Source: Flavobacteriaceae bacterium | GTDB lineage: Bacteria; Bacteroidota; Bacteroidia; Flavobacteriales; Flavobacteriaceae | Reading direction: 5' to 3' | Length of the DNA stretch: 32,000 nt | Assembly (NCBI GenBank): GCA_965224465.1 | Contig: OZ245049.1 | Span: 4,590,001-4,622,000 of the forward strand | Shown here: piece after piece, positions 9,235 through 17,823 of the stretch | How the letters are laid out: every line of letters starts with the position of its first letter | Position numbering within the stretch: position 1 is the first letter of the stretch | Translations under genes and position numbers: made by a program | The notes under the pieces: model-generated | Seen by the model: only the letters and a program-made list of their open reading frames with translations | Database searches by the model: none | What the model was told of the DNA's origin: nothing

Positions 9235-10985
9235 GTATTTATATTCCAGTTGTATTGATGCAAAAAAGCACCTTGTTTCGCTGTGAATTTACCGATTTTG
9301 AATTTGTAATCCAATCCTAAAAAAACATCCTGTAAGTTATAATTAAGTTGATTGTTAAATCCGTTTACGTCAAAGTTTTTACTGCTTCCGTCTTTTAATT
9401 TTTGGAAGTCGTTAGTATTGAATTCTTCATCTAATAAGTGGCTGCCAAGTGTTGTGTATATATGATTACTTTTATCTAAAATCCAATAATGTTTGGCAAT
9501 AAAATCAATCGTATGAATGCTGTTTTCTTTTTTTTGTATAAATGTATAGTTGTCTTGTGGTTTTAAAGGTATTAATCCTTGTAATAATTGCTTGTTTGTA
9601 AACCAAGTGGTGTAGGGGGTGTTCTTGTTCAAGGCAATATTAACAGCAAAAGAAAATGTGTGTTTATAGCTTAATTGAGTATGCCATTCTAAGCTTTGAA
9701 GGATATGGCTTGTTTTAGTATTTTGCTTGCTTAAAATAATAGTACTGTCATCTGTAATTGTAGAATTGATGCTGTTGTTATTTGAATGATCACTCTTTTT
9801 AATTTGGGTTTTTAAAAGCGATTTAGAATGTGCACTAGGTTCATAATCAAAGGTGATTTTGACGATGCTTAACCCGTTTTTTTGTGAAGAGTTATTACTG
9901 TTAAGCTCGTCGAATTGTGTGTATTGATTTAGTGTTTTTGTAGTGCTTTTAGTATGTGTGTTTGAAAATATACCATATCCAGAAACTTCCGTTTTATTAG
10001 TAATGCTTTGTCGAATGTTGATGGCACTGAATCTGTTTTTACTAGCAGTGTAATCTTGAATGTCCATGAATTGCGTAAAATCATTCATGCTACTTCCAAA
10101 AAAAGTACCATCACCTTTTAATGCCGCGTTTATGCCTCCTTGAAAATTCATGTAATCTTTAAATGTGAATACCTTTTCTCCTGTATTATTTGTGTTTGTA
10201 ATTAAATTGATGTTTGTTTTTGGGCTGTAATAGAATAAATTTCCATGAGCTCTGTAATACTTATTATTGCCTTTTCCTGCTTCAATATCACCAAACAAAA
10301 ACTTTTTCTTGTCTTTTTTCAATAAAATATTCAGGGCAGTTTGATTGCTTTCGGAAACGTTTTTTAAAAATGCAATCTCGTTGTAGTTCTCCAATACTTG
10401 TATGTTGCCTACCGCATTTGCGGGGATGTTTTCAATGGCAAGTTTTGTGCCTCCTCCAAAAAACGGTTTTCCATCCACTAATAATTTGTCTATTTTTTTC
10501 CCAAGTACGGTAATTTCAGCATCTTTAGAGATTTCTATACCCGGTAGTTTTTTTAATATGTTTTTTAATTTTCTTTCCTTGCCATTTATAAATTTAGAGG
10601 TGTTATAAGTAATTGTGTCTTCTTTTATGGATACGGGTAGCTCAATAATTATTTCTTCTAAATTATTGGACTGTTCCTTTAAGATGATCTCTTTTAAACT
10701 GTTTTTAACTGCTTCAAATTTGAAACTATAGGATTTGTATCCCATATAACTAACTTTTACACTATAAGATTCATTTGGTTTGAGTTTTAGTAGATACCTT
10801 CCTTTGGCATCACTAATCGAGAATTTTAATTGTAGTTGCTTGTTTGCAGGCTCAGCAATAATGTTCGCATAAACAATAGGGTTTTGTATGCTGTCTTTAA
10901 CTGTTCCTTTAAGAATGGTTTGTGCATAGGAGCTCCATCCAATAAGAATAATAATGTTAAGAAATAAAACAGTTTTACAATTCAT
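9225..10985 (-). pseudogene. N-terminal fragment of the outer-membrane receptor (signal peptide, CarboxypepD_reg-like domain, plug-like domain, start of barrel), truncated by the IS
   Basis: MNCKTVLFLNIIILIGWSSYAQ is a signal peptide. TILKGTVKDSIQNPIVYANI...YSVKVSYMGYKS looks carboxypeptidase-regulatory-like. LPGIEISKDAEITVLGKKIDKLLVDGKPFFGG looks like a TonB-receptor plug. The last 3 codons and the stop (TGL*) are read from IS sequence. Confidence 0.8.
9235..9242. repeat. Target-site duplication GTATTTAT (right copy)
   Basis: See 7812-7819. Confidence 0.85.
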
Positions 10986-11719
10986 TAATTACGCATGTTT
11001 TTAATGCCTTCCCAAATACTGCTCTCTAACTTTAAAAATTCTTGTTGACTTATTTTTTCTCCTTTATTAGGTGCTGAAATATTGAGTTTGGATTTATTTA
11101 TGATTACTTTTTTTGCTTTGTAGGTAAAGTTGTTGATTGTTAATTCGAGAATCATTCCTGGAAGACTTCCAAAACTATGAGGACCAAAAGGGAAGGAGAT
11201 TTCAGGGCAAAACCATGCATATATTACCGTTTTTTTTATCCCTTTTTGTGTTGCTTGTTCCATAGATGCAGTAGCTTTATAGCAGACATATTTACCTACT
11301 TTTTTAGTCTGAGAGCTTATCTTCCATTTCCATTTGTTAAAGGGGCTTCGGATTAAATAATTGTCTCCTCTTACTTCTTTTGATCGTAGTTGGTAGTTTT
11401 CTGATATATTGGCATATCGTACTTTGTCGCTGTCTTGATAGTAAGCAAGATTAATACCTGCATTATCTAATTGTAAGGGCTCGTTTTTTTCTAATAATGC
11501 TTCATTTGTGTTAAATATCAACGTAAAGCTTACGGGGCGTATGTTTTTGTAGGTTGCTAGCATTTTACTTCTGAATTGCTTGGGAGCTTTATGTAAGTTG
11601 GCTATTTTTTTAGCTAGAGTTAGTGTGCCTTCGTAAGTTATTTTTCCTGAGTTGTATTGGGAGTGTGTTATTTGACTTAAAATGAGTAAGTGAAATAGTG
11701 TGATTATTAATTTTTTCAT
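10985..11719 (-). CDS. GLPGLI-family protein
   Basis: 244 aa with a signal peptide MKKLIITLFHLLILSQITHSQ and the family motif region FGPHSFGSLPGMILEL. Its stop overlaps the receptor start (TAATG), the usual pairing of GLPGLI genes with this receptor type. Confidence 0.75.
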   Translation of the reverse strand: MKKLIITLFHLLILSQITHSQYNSGKITYEGTLTLAKKIANLHKAPKQFRSKMLATYKNIRPVSFTLIFNTNEALLEKNEPLQLDNAGINLAYYQDSDKVRYANISENYQLRSKEVRGDNYLIRSPFNKWKWKISSQTKKVGKYVCYKATASMEQATQKGIKKTVIYAWFCPEISFPFGPHSFGSLPGMILELTINNFTYKAKKVIINKSKLNISAPNKGEKISQQEFLKLESSIWEGIKNMRN

Positions 11720-11782
11720 TGAGTTTGTTTTATTTAAAAACCTTCTAAAACTATTGTTTCAGAGAGCGATAATAGGTATTGT

Positions 11783-11968
11783 TTATCTGCAACAGTCGTC
11801 ATAAACTGCTCCGAAAGTTGCGTATGAATTTCCAGTACTATTAATTGCATATTCACAGCAAAAATCTTGAGTTTCTTCGCTTGGTATTTTGTTATGATTG
11901 GAGCTAGCAAATGTTAATGCGGTTATAAATAGCCCTGCAATAAGTAAATTTGTTGTTTTTTTTAACAT
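11783..11968 (-). CDS. Small secreted Cys-rich peptide (61 aa precursor)
   Basis: Signal peptide MLKKTTNLLIAGLFITALTFASS, then a ~38-aa mature part with two Cys-Cys doublets (DFCCEY...DDCCR). It is on the same strand as the GLPGLI gene and 63 nt upstream of it. Confidence 0.5.
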   Translation of the reverse strand: MLKKTTNLLIAGLFITALTFASSNHNKIPSEETQDFCCEYAINSTGNSYATFGAVYDDCCR

Positions 11969-12207
11969 AATATTTTCTAGTAAAATTTATTATTATGTAA
12001 TTGGTATAAAACATGTTTGTAATGCATAAAAATGCATTATATACTTATTCATAAATTAGGGAAAGTGTCTAAACGGAATCGTTTAGGTTTTGTGAAGTTA
12101 TATAAAAAAAACGATGCACTCAACGTTTTGTCAGAAAAAGTGAATTTTAACAGTTTTTAATGATGCCTATGATGAAGTCTTTTGTTTAAGTAATGAACCT
12201 AAGTGAT

Positions 12208-12248
12208 AAAAAAAACCAGCCGTTTTGAAAGTTTCAAAACAACTGGTT
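12208..12248 (-). terminator. Rho-independent terminator of the oxidoreductase operon
   Basis: On the minus strand AACCAGTTGTTTTGAAA / TTTCAAAACGGCTGGTT forms a hairpin with one 2-nt internal mismatch, followed by T8. It lies ~70 nt after the stop at 12316. Confidence 0.6.
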
Positions 12249-12315
12249 ATGGATAAGGAAGAGGGGGTTATAAGTAATTATAAACTTGTATCAAACATTG
12301 TTATGGTTGGTGTTA

Positions 12316-12885
12316 TTACTTTAAATTAAAAACCTCTTCAAAGTGTAAAGTCTTTACATTGGCCATTCCTAAATTGATGGCTTCTTTATTTAAAGGAATT
12401 AAGTGGTGGTAACGCTCTGGTAGCGATTTTTTCAAACCTTCGATCACGTTTTCCAATTTAACAATTGGTTTAACCTTTAGGAACGCCCCTAAAATCACCA
12501 TATTAAAAATTTTTAAATTCCCTTTTTCTGTTGCCAGTCTATTTCCTTCTATTTGATAGATATGAATATCGCTACGTTTTGGATGTTCTGTAATTCCGTT
12601 GGGATCGTAGATTAATACGCCTCCTGGTTTTACAGCCTCCTCAAATTTATCCATACTTTGTTGGTTTAAAACAATAACGGTATCAAATATTTTTAAATAG
12701 GGAGAGCTAATGCGGTCATCACTTAATATAACCGTTACATTTGCAGTACCTCCTCGCATTTCTGGTCCATAAGAAGGCATCCAACTTACTTCCTGATCTT
12801 GCATAATACCAGAATAAGCTAATATTTTCCCCATAGAAAGTACGCCTTGACCTCCAAATCCTGCAATTATAATTTCTTCTGTCAT
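12316..12885 (-). CDS. 2-oxoacid:ferredoxin oxidoreductase, gamma subunit
   Basis: 189 aa. The N-terminal IIIAGFGGQGVLSMGKIL is typical of POR/VOR/KGOR gamma subunits. It is 6 nt from the beta gene. Confidence 0.85.
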   Translation of the reverse strand: MTEEIIIAGFGGQGVLSMGKILAYSGIMQDQEVSWMPSYGPEMRGGTANVTVILSDDRISSPYLKIFDTVIVLNQQSMDKFEEAVKPGGVLIYDPNGITEHPKRSDIHIYQIEGNRLATEKGNLKIFNMVILGAFLKVKPIVKLENVIEGLKKSLPERYHHLIPLNKEAINLGMANVKTLHFEEVFNLK

Positions 12886-12891
12886 GCTGAT

Positions 12892-13665
12892 TTATTTTAA
12901 TTTACCATTCACTTTAATATCTCCTAAAGGATAGTAAGCAAACATGTTTTCTTCCATCCAAATATTAGATTCTGTCGGAGTCATTTTCCATCCAGAATTA
13001 CAGTTAGAGACTATTTCTACAAAAGAAATGCCTTTGTGTAAGCGTGTGTTTTCAAAAGCTTTTTTTAGCGCTTTCTTTGCTTTACGTGCATGTTTATGGG
13101 TGTGTACTGCTTGTCTTGTGGCATAATAAACACCAGGAAGATTGGCAACCAACTCTGTCATTTTTAAAGGTGCACCTGTCAGTTCTTCTTGCCTTCCAAA
13201 AGGGGAGGTGGAGGATTTCATTCCTTTTAAAGTTGTAGGTGCCATTTGCCCGCCTGTCATCCCATAAATACCATTATTCACAAAAATAATGACGATGTTT
13301 TCTCCTCTGTTACAAGCGTGTATTGTTTCTGCTGTACCAATTGCGGCTAGATCGCCATCACCTTGGTAGGTGAATACATATTTTTCTGGCCACAATCTTG
13401 AAATTGCAGTGGCAAGTGCGGGTGCTCTACCGTGAGCTGCCTGTGTCATGTCTATATTCATGAAGTCATAAGCCAGTACAGAGCAACCTACAGGAGCGAC
13501 TCCGATAGTGTCCTGAATAATTCCCATTTCTGCCACAACTTCCATGGCTAAATTATGAGCGGTTCCGTGTCCACAGCCGGGGCAGTAGGACAAACAGGTA
13601 TCCGTCATGGCTTCGGTCTTACAAAATACTTTGTTGGCTGGTTTTATGATGTCTAACAGTTCCAT
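12892..13665 (-). CDS. 2-oxoacid:ferredoxin oxidoreductase, beta (TPP-binding) subunit
   Basis: Carries the CPGCGHG motif and the TPP signature GDGD...NNGIYGMTGGQ. Confidence 0.85.
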   Translation of the reverse strand: MELLDIIKPANKVFCKTEAMTDTCLSYCPGCGHGTAHNLAMEVVAEMGIIQDTIGVAPVGCSVLAYDFMNIDMTQAAHGRAPALATAISRLWPEKYVFTYQGDGDLAAIGTAETIHACNRGENIVIIFVNNGIYGMTGGQMAPTTLKGMKSSTSPFGRQEELTGAPLKMTELVANLPGVYYATRQAVHTHKHARKAKKALKKAFENTRLHKGISFVEIVSNCNSGWKMTPTESNIWMEENMFAYYPLGDIKVNGKLK

Positions 13666-14746
13666 TGTGTATGATTTTTTGTTCTAATGCTTCTAAAATT
13701 TCTTCTGGTGTGTGTATAATTCCTCCGGTGCGTCCAAAGTGTTCAACGGGTACTTTGTGTTCTACAGATAAACGTACATCTTCTACCATTTGACCAGTGC
13801 TTAATTCTACACTTAAAAATCCTTTTACGCGATCAGCAAGATCAAATAATTGTTTTTTAGGGAAGGGAAATAGGGTGATAGGTCTTAATAAGCCTACTTT
13901 ATATCCTTTGTCTCTTGCCAATTCCATTGCTTTTAATGCGATACGTGCACTAGACCCGTAGGCAACCATCACGTATTCTGCGTCGTCGCAGTTTACCATT
14001 TCGTAGCGTAAATCTTCGCGTTCCATTTGAGCGTATTTAGCATACAGACGATGTACACGTTCTTCTAACTTTTCGGACTGTAAGTCTAAAGAAGTTACAA
14101 TGTTTCGTTCACGTTCAGGTGTTTTTCCTGTACAAGCCCAAGAACCTTCTTCTGTAATTAATTCTTCGTTTGTTCTACGTACTTTTTGTGGTCTGAGCGC
14201 TACTTTTTCCATCATTTGACCTATCAATCCGTCAGATAAAATCAATACTGGAGCTCTGTATTTAAAGGCGATATCAAAGGCGTCTTCTACAAAATCTGAC
14301 ATTTCTTGTACAGATGCAGGAGCTAAAACATAGAGTTTGTAATCTCCATGTCCACCACCTTTTACTGCTTGGAAATAATCTGCTTGTGAGGGTTGGATTG
14401 TTCCTAATCCAGGACCTCCACGTGCTACATTTACGATGACTGCTGGTAGTTCTGCGCCTGCTAAATAAGAAATGCCTTCTAATTTTAAAGACATTCCTGG
14501 GCTAGAGGAGGAGGTCATTGCTTTTTTTCCAGTACTTGCTGCACCGTATACCATATTTATAGCGGCCAATTCACTTTCTGCTTGCAGCACTATCATGCCG
14601 GTACGTTTTTCAGGTTGTTCGGCCATTAAATATTCAATCACCTCGGATTGCGGGGTGATGGGATAGCCAAAATAAGCATCTACTCCTGCACGAATTGCTG
14701 CTTCGGCCAATGCTTCATTACCTTTCATTAATTTTAATTCAGACAT
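13619..14746 (-). CDS. 2-oxoacid:ferredoxin oxidoreductase, alpha subunit
   Basis: 375 aa. LMKGNEALAEAAIRAGVDAYFGYPITPQSE is typical of KorA/PorA/VorA. It overlaps the beta start by 47 nt. Confidence 0.85.
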   Translation of the reverse strand: MSELKLMKGNEALAEAAIRAGVDAYFGYPITPQSEVIEYLMAEQPEKRTGMIVLQAESELAAINMVYGAASTGKKAMTSSSSPGMSLKLEGISYLAGAELPAVIVNVARGGPGLGTIQPSQADYFQAVKGGGHGDYKLYVLAPASVQEMSDFVEDAFDIAFKYRAPVLILSDGLIGQMMEKVALRPQKVRRTNEELITEEGSWACTGKTPERERNIVTSLDLQSEKLEERVHRLYAKYAQMEREDLRYEMVNCDDAEYVMVAYGSSARIALKAMELARDKGYKVGLLRPITLFPFPKKQLFDLADRVKGFLSVELSTGQMVEDVRLSVEHKVPVEHFGRTGGIIHTPEEILEALEQKIIHNGTVRHHKTSQQSIL

Positions 14747-14769
14747 ATGTTGTAATTAAAAGGATAAAT

Positions 14770-14997
14770 TTATGATACTTTTACGCGGTACACGGAAATG
14801 GCTCTATCTGGACAAACAATACCGCAGTTTGTACATCCTGTACATGCCTCTGGATTTTCCATATAAGCATAATGATAACCTTTTCTATTTACTTGTGGTG
14901 TCATTTTTATGACATCTTCTGGGCAAACAGGGATGCAGATTTCACAACCTTTGCAAATTTCACTGTCTACTACTATCGCGCCTTTAACTTTTGCCAT
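14770..14997 (-). CDS. 4Fe-4S dicluster ferredoxin-type delta subunit
   Basis: 75 aa with two CxxCxxCxxxCP motifs (CKGCEICIPVCP, CTGCTNCGIVCP). It is the first gene of the operon. Confidence 0.85.
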   Translation of the reverse strand: MAKVKGAIVVDSEICKGCEICIPVCPEDVIKMTPQVNRKGYHYAYMENPEACTGCTNCGIVCPDRAISVYRVKVS

Positions 14998-15043
14998 TAT
15001 GATAATTTTAGGGGTGATTAATAGGGGTAAATTTTGTTATTCT

Positions 15044-15051
15044 CAAATATA
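15044..15051 (-). promoter_or_regulatory. Candidate Bacteroidota -7 box (TATATTTG on the minus strand) for the oxidoreductase operon
   Basis: Matches the TAnnTTTG consensus, 47 nt upstream of ATG 14997. Confidence 0.35.
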
Positions 15052-15151
15052 TAACCATTATGGTATAAAATATATGATATTTATCAATTTGACTGATGAA
15101 TGTCATGATTTGTTATTGTTAAGGGGGCGTTGAGATTTAACTAAAGTCCAT

Positions 15152-15179
15152 AAAAAAACCACCTTAAGGTGGTTTTTTT
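15152..15179 (-). terminator. Rho-independent (bidirectional-looking) terminator after the E1 gene
   Basis: Perfect palindrome AAAAAAACCACC-TTAA-GGTGGTTTTTTT, 31 nt past the stop at 15210. Confidence 0.8.
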
Positions 15180-15209
15180 AGTTTATTTAGAATGAGTTAA
15201 AAAAGGTGT

Positions 15210-17663
15210 TTAATACAGTTTTTTGTATGTATTAGGGTCAGATTCACTCATTATGGCGTAAATAGCTTCAAAAATGTCATCGTGATTTGGTTTGGAAAAG
15301 TAATCTCCGTCAGATCCATATGCAGTTCTGTGTTCTTTAGCTGTAAGTGTAGCCGGTTTACTGTCTAAGAAGTTGTAGGCGTTTTGTTGCTCTAATATTT
15401 CCTGTAAAATATAGGCAGATGCGCCTCCAGGGACATCTTCGTCTATGACAATCAATCGGTTGGTTTTTTGTACGCTTTTTACGATATCATGATTCAGGTC
15501 AAAAGGCAATAAACTTTGAATATCTATGAGTTCTATATCGATGCCTACTTCGTTTAACTGTTGTACTGTTTCTTCTACTATTTTAAGTGTAGATCCATAG
15601 GATACAACGGTGATGTCTGTTCCTTCTTTTACAGTTTCAACCAGTCCTATAGGTGTTTTAAATGCCCCTATATTGTTTGGCATTTTCTCTTTTAGACGGT
15701 ATCCGTTTAGGTTTTCAATAATTAAAGCTGGTTCGTCACATTCTATTAAAGTATTGTAGAATCCTGCTGCTTTGGTCATGTTTCGAGGAACTAAAATATG
15801 CATTCCTCTCAAGAGGTGAACAATGGCTCCCATAGGGGATCCAGAATGCCATATACCTTCTAGTCGATGTCCGCGGGTACGAACAATAAGTGGTGCTTTT
15901 TGCCTTCCTACCGTTCTGTAATGCAATGTAGCCAAGTCATCACTCATTATCTGTATGGCGTAGAGTAGGTAATCTAAATATTGAATTTCTGCAATTGGAC
16001 GCAGCCCTCTAAGTGCCAGTCCTATTCCTTGACCTAATATGGTCGCTTCTCTAATACCTACATCTGCAACCCTAAGTTCTCCATATTTTTCTTGCATCCC
16101 TACCAAACCTTGATTGACATCGCCAATGTTTCCCGTATCTTCTCCGAAAATTACGACATTGTCGTTGTTTGCAAAAAGATGGTCAAAATTATCCTTTAAG
16201 ATAAGTCTCGCATCTACCATTTCTGCGTTTTCGTTATAGGTAGGTAGTACTTCTTTACTATTGCCAACTTTTAATTCGCTTTCACTGTATAGGTGCGAAC
16301 TAAATTTTGGTTGTTGTTCTTTCATATAATTAGCAATCCAGGTTTGAAGCTCTGTTTTTGCTGTAAAATCTTCATTTCTTAGATATACGATTATCTTTCT
16401 GGCACGTGAGAGTAAATCTAAACGAGCAGGGTCTCCTATGGCTAATAAATCACTTCGTAACTTGAGTATGAAAGCTTTTTGTTGACTTTTCTGAGCTACG
16501 TTTTCTAGTAATATGGTAAGCTTTAGTCGTTCCTCTTTTATAGGATTTAAAAAGGCAGCCCATGCAGTTCTTTTGGCAAGGCTAACTTCTTTTTTTGCTT
16601 CTTTTTCTATGCGAATTAAATCGTCTTCGTTTTCTATAAAAGAGAGTGTGTTCCCTTCGGTATCGGTCAATTCAAATTGTATGATCCAGTCTCTAAACTT
16701 GGCAATACAATCGTGTTGAAGTTCCCAAATTAGGCGCTCTTTACTTTTATAGCGTTCATGACTTCCAGAAGTGGAGTGTCCTTGTGGTTGGGTCAGTTCT
16801 TGTACGTGGATAAGTACTGGCACATGCTCTTCTCTTGCTATTTTTGCTGCCTTTTGGTACACTTCCATCAACTGTACATAGTCCCATCCTTTTACGGTAA
16901 ATATTTCATAACCGTTTTTCTTGTCATCACGTTGAAATCCTTTTAAAATTTCAGAGATGTTTTCTTTGGTGGTCTGGTGTTTTGCATGAACGGATATTCC
17001 ATATGCATCATCCCAAACGCTTATAATTAAAGGGACTTGTAATACCCCTGCTGCGTTAAAAGTTTCGAAAAATACTCCTTCAGACGTACTTGCATTTCCT
17101 ATGGTTCCCCAAGAAATTTCATTTCCATTTTTAGAGAAATTCGTATGCCCTTTAATTTCGTCTATGTTTCTATATAGTTTTGATGCCTGTGCCAATCCTA
17201 GCATACGCGGCATTTGCCCTGCTGTAGGGGAGATGTCGGAGCTTGAATTGTATTGTTCTGTCAAGTTTTTAAAACTTCCGTCTTTGTTCAAACTTTGGGT
17301 TCCAAAATGCCCACCCATTTGACGCCCACCAGACATAGGGTCGTTATTAATGTTTGGATCTGCATATAAACCTGCAAAAAACTGTTGCGGTGTTAGAGCT
17401 CCAATAGCCATCATAAATGTTTGATCGCGGTAGTAGCCCGATCTGAAATCACCTTTTTGAAAGGCTTTAGCCATCGCCAATTGAGGAACTTCTTTCCCGT
17501 CTCCGAAAATACCAAATTTTGCTTTGCCTGTCAATACTTCTCTACGACCTAATAAACTACATTCTCTACTAACTACAGCAATGCGGTAATCCTTGAGGAC
17601 TTCATTCTTAAAATCGTTAAACGAGATCTTTTCTTTACTTTCGGGTGAAGGGCTTACCTGCAT
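15210..17663 (-). CDS. Fused 2-oxoacid dehydrogenase E1 component (alpha/beta, TPP-dependent)
   Basis: 817 aa. The N-terminal half looks E1-alpha-like and the C-terminal half looks transketolase/E1-beta-like (VADVGIREATILGQGIGLALRGLRPIAEIQYLDYL). This architecture is common in Flavobacteriia. Confidence 0.8.
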   Translation of the reverse strand: MQVSPSPESKEKISFNDFKNEVLKDYRIAVVSRECSLLGRREVLTGKAKFGIFGDGKEVPQLAMAKAFQKGDFRSGYYRDQTFMMAIGALTPQQFFAGLYADPNINNDPMSGGRQMGGHFGTQSLNKDGSFKNLTEQYNSSSDISPTAGQMPRMLGLAQASKLYRNIDEIKGHTNFSKNGNEISWGTIGNASTSEGVFFETFNAAGVLQVPLIISVWDDAYGISVHAKHQTTKENISEILKGFQRDDKKNGYEIFTVKGWDYVQLMEVYQKAAKIAREEHVPVLIHVQELTQPQGHSTSGSHERYKSKERLIWELQHDCIAKFRDWIIQFELTDTEGNTLSFIENEDDLIRIEKEAKKEVSLAKRTAWAAFLNPIKEERLKLTILLENVAQKSQQKAFILKLRSDLLAIGDPARLDLLSRARKIIVYLRNEDFTAKTELQTWIANYMKEQQPKFSSHLYSESELKVGNSKEVLPTYNENAEMVDARLILKDNFDHLFANNDNVVIFGEDTGNIGDVNQGLVGMQEKYGELRVADVGIREATILGQGIGLALRGLRPIAEIQYLDYLLYAIQIMSDDLATLHYRTVGRQKAPLIVRTRGHRLEGIWHSGSPMGAIVHLLRGMHILVPRNMTKAAGFYNTLIECDEPALIIENLNGYRLKEKMPNNIGAFKTPIGLVETVKEGTDITVVSYGSTLKIVEETVQQLNEVGIDIELIDIQSLLPFDLNHDIVKSVQKTNRLIVIDEDVPGGASAYILQEILEQQNAYNFLDSKPATLTAKEHRTAYGSDGDYFSKPNHDDIFEAIYAIMSESDPNTYKKLY

Positions 17664-17688
17664 AAAAATATGGATTTGTTAGTTTTGG

Positions 17689-17696
17689 CAAAGTTA
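17689..17696 (-). promoter_or_regulatory. Candidate -7 box (TAACTTTG on the minus strand) for the E1 gene
   Basis: Matches TAnnTTTG, 26 nt upstream of ATG 17663. Confidence 0.35.
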
Positions 17697-17823
17697 CTTT
17701 TTTTAACTGATATTTAAAAATGCTTTATATTTTTTAGGTATAATTCAAAAAGGAAGGTCAAAATTGAAATAAATTAAGGATTCATTAATGATTTGATACA
17801 TTGAAAGTGTTTTGGCTTCTATA

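Noticed and set aside
13619-13665. The 47-nt overlap between the OFOR alpha and beta genes as a sign of a frameshift error or gene fusion
   Set aside because: Both ORFs are full length, with family-typical N- and C-termini. The beta N-terminus (MELLDIIKPANKVFCKTEAMTD...CPGCGHG) looks genuine. The alpha gene simply lacks an earlier stop. A shorter beta start at Met20 is possible but not required.
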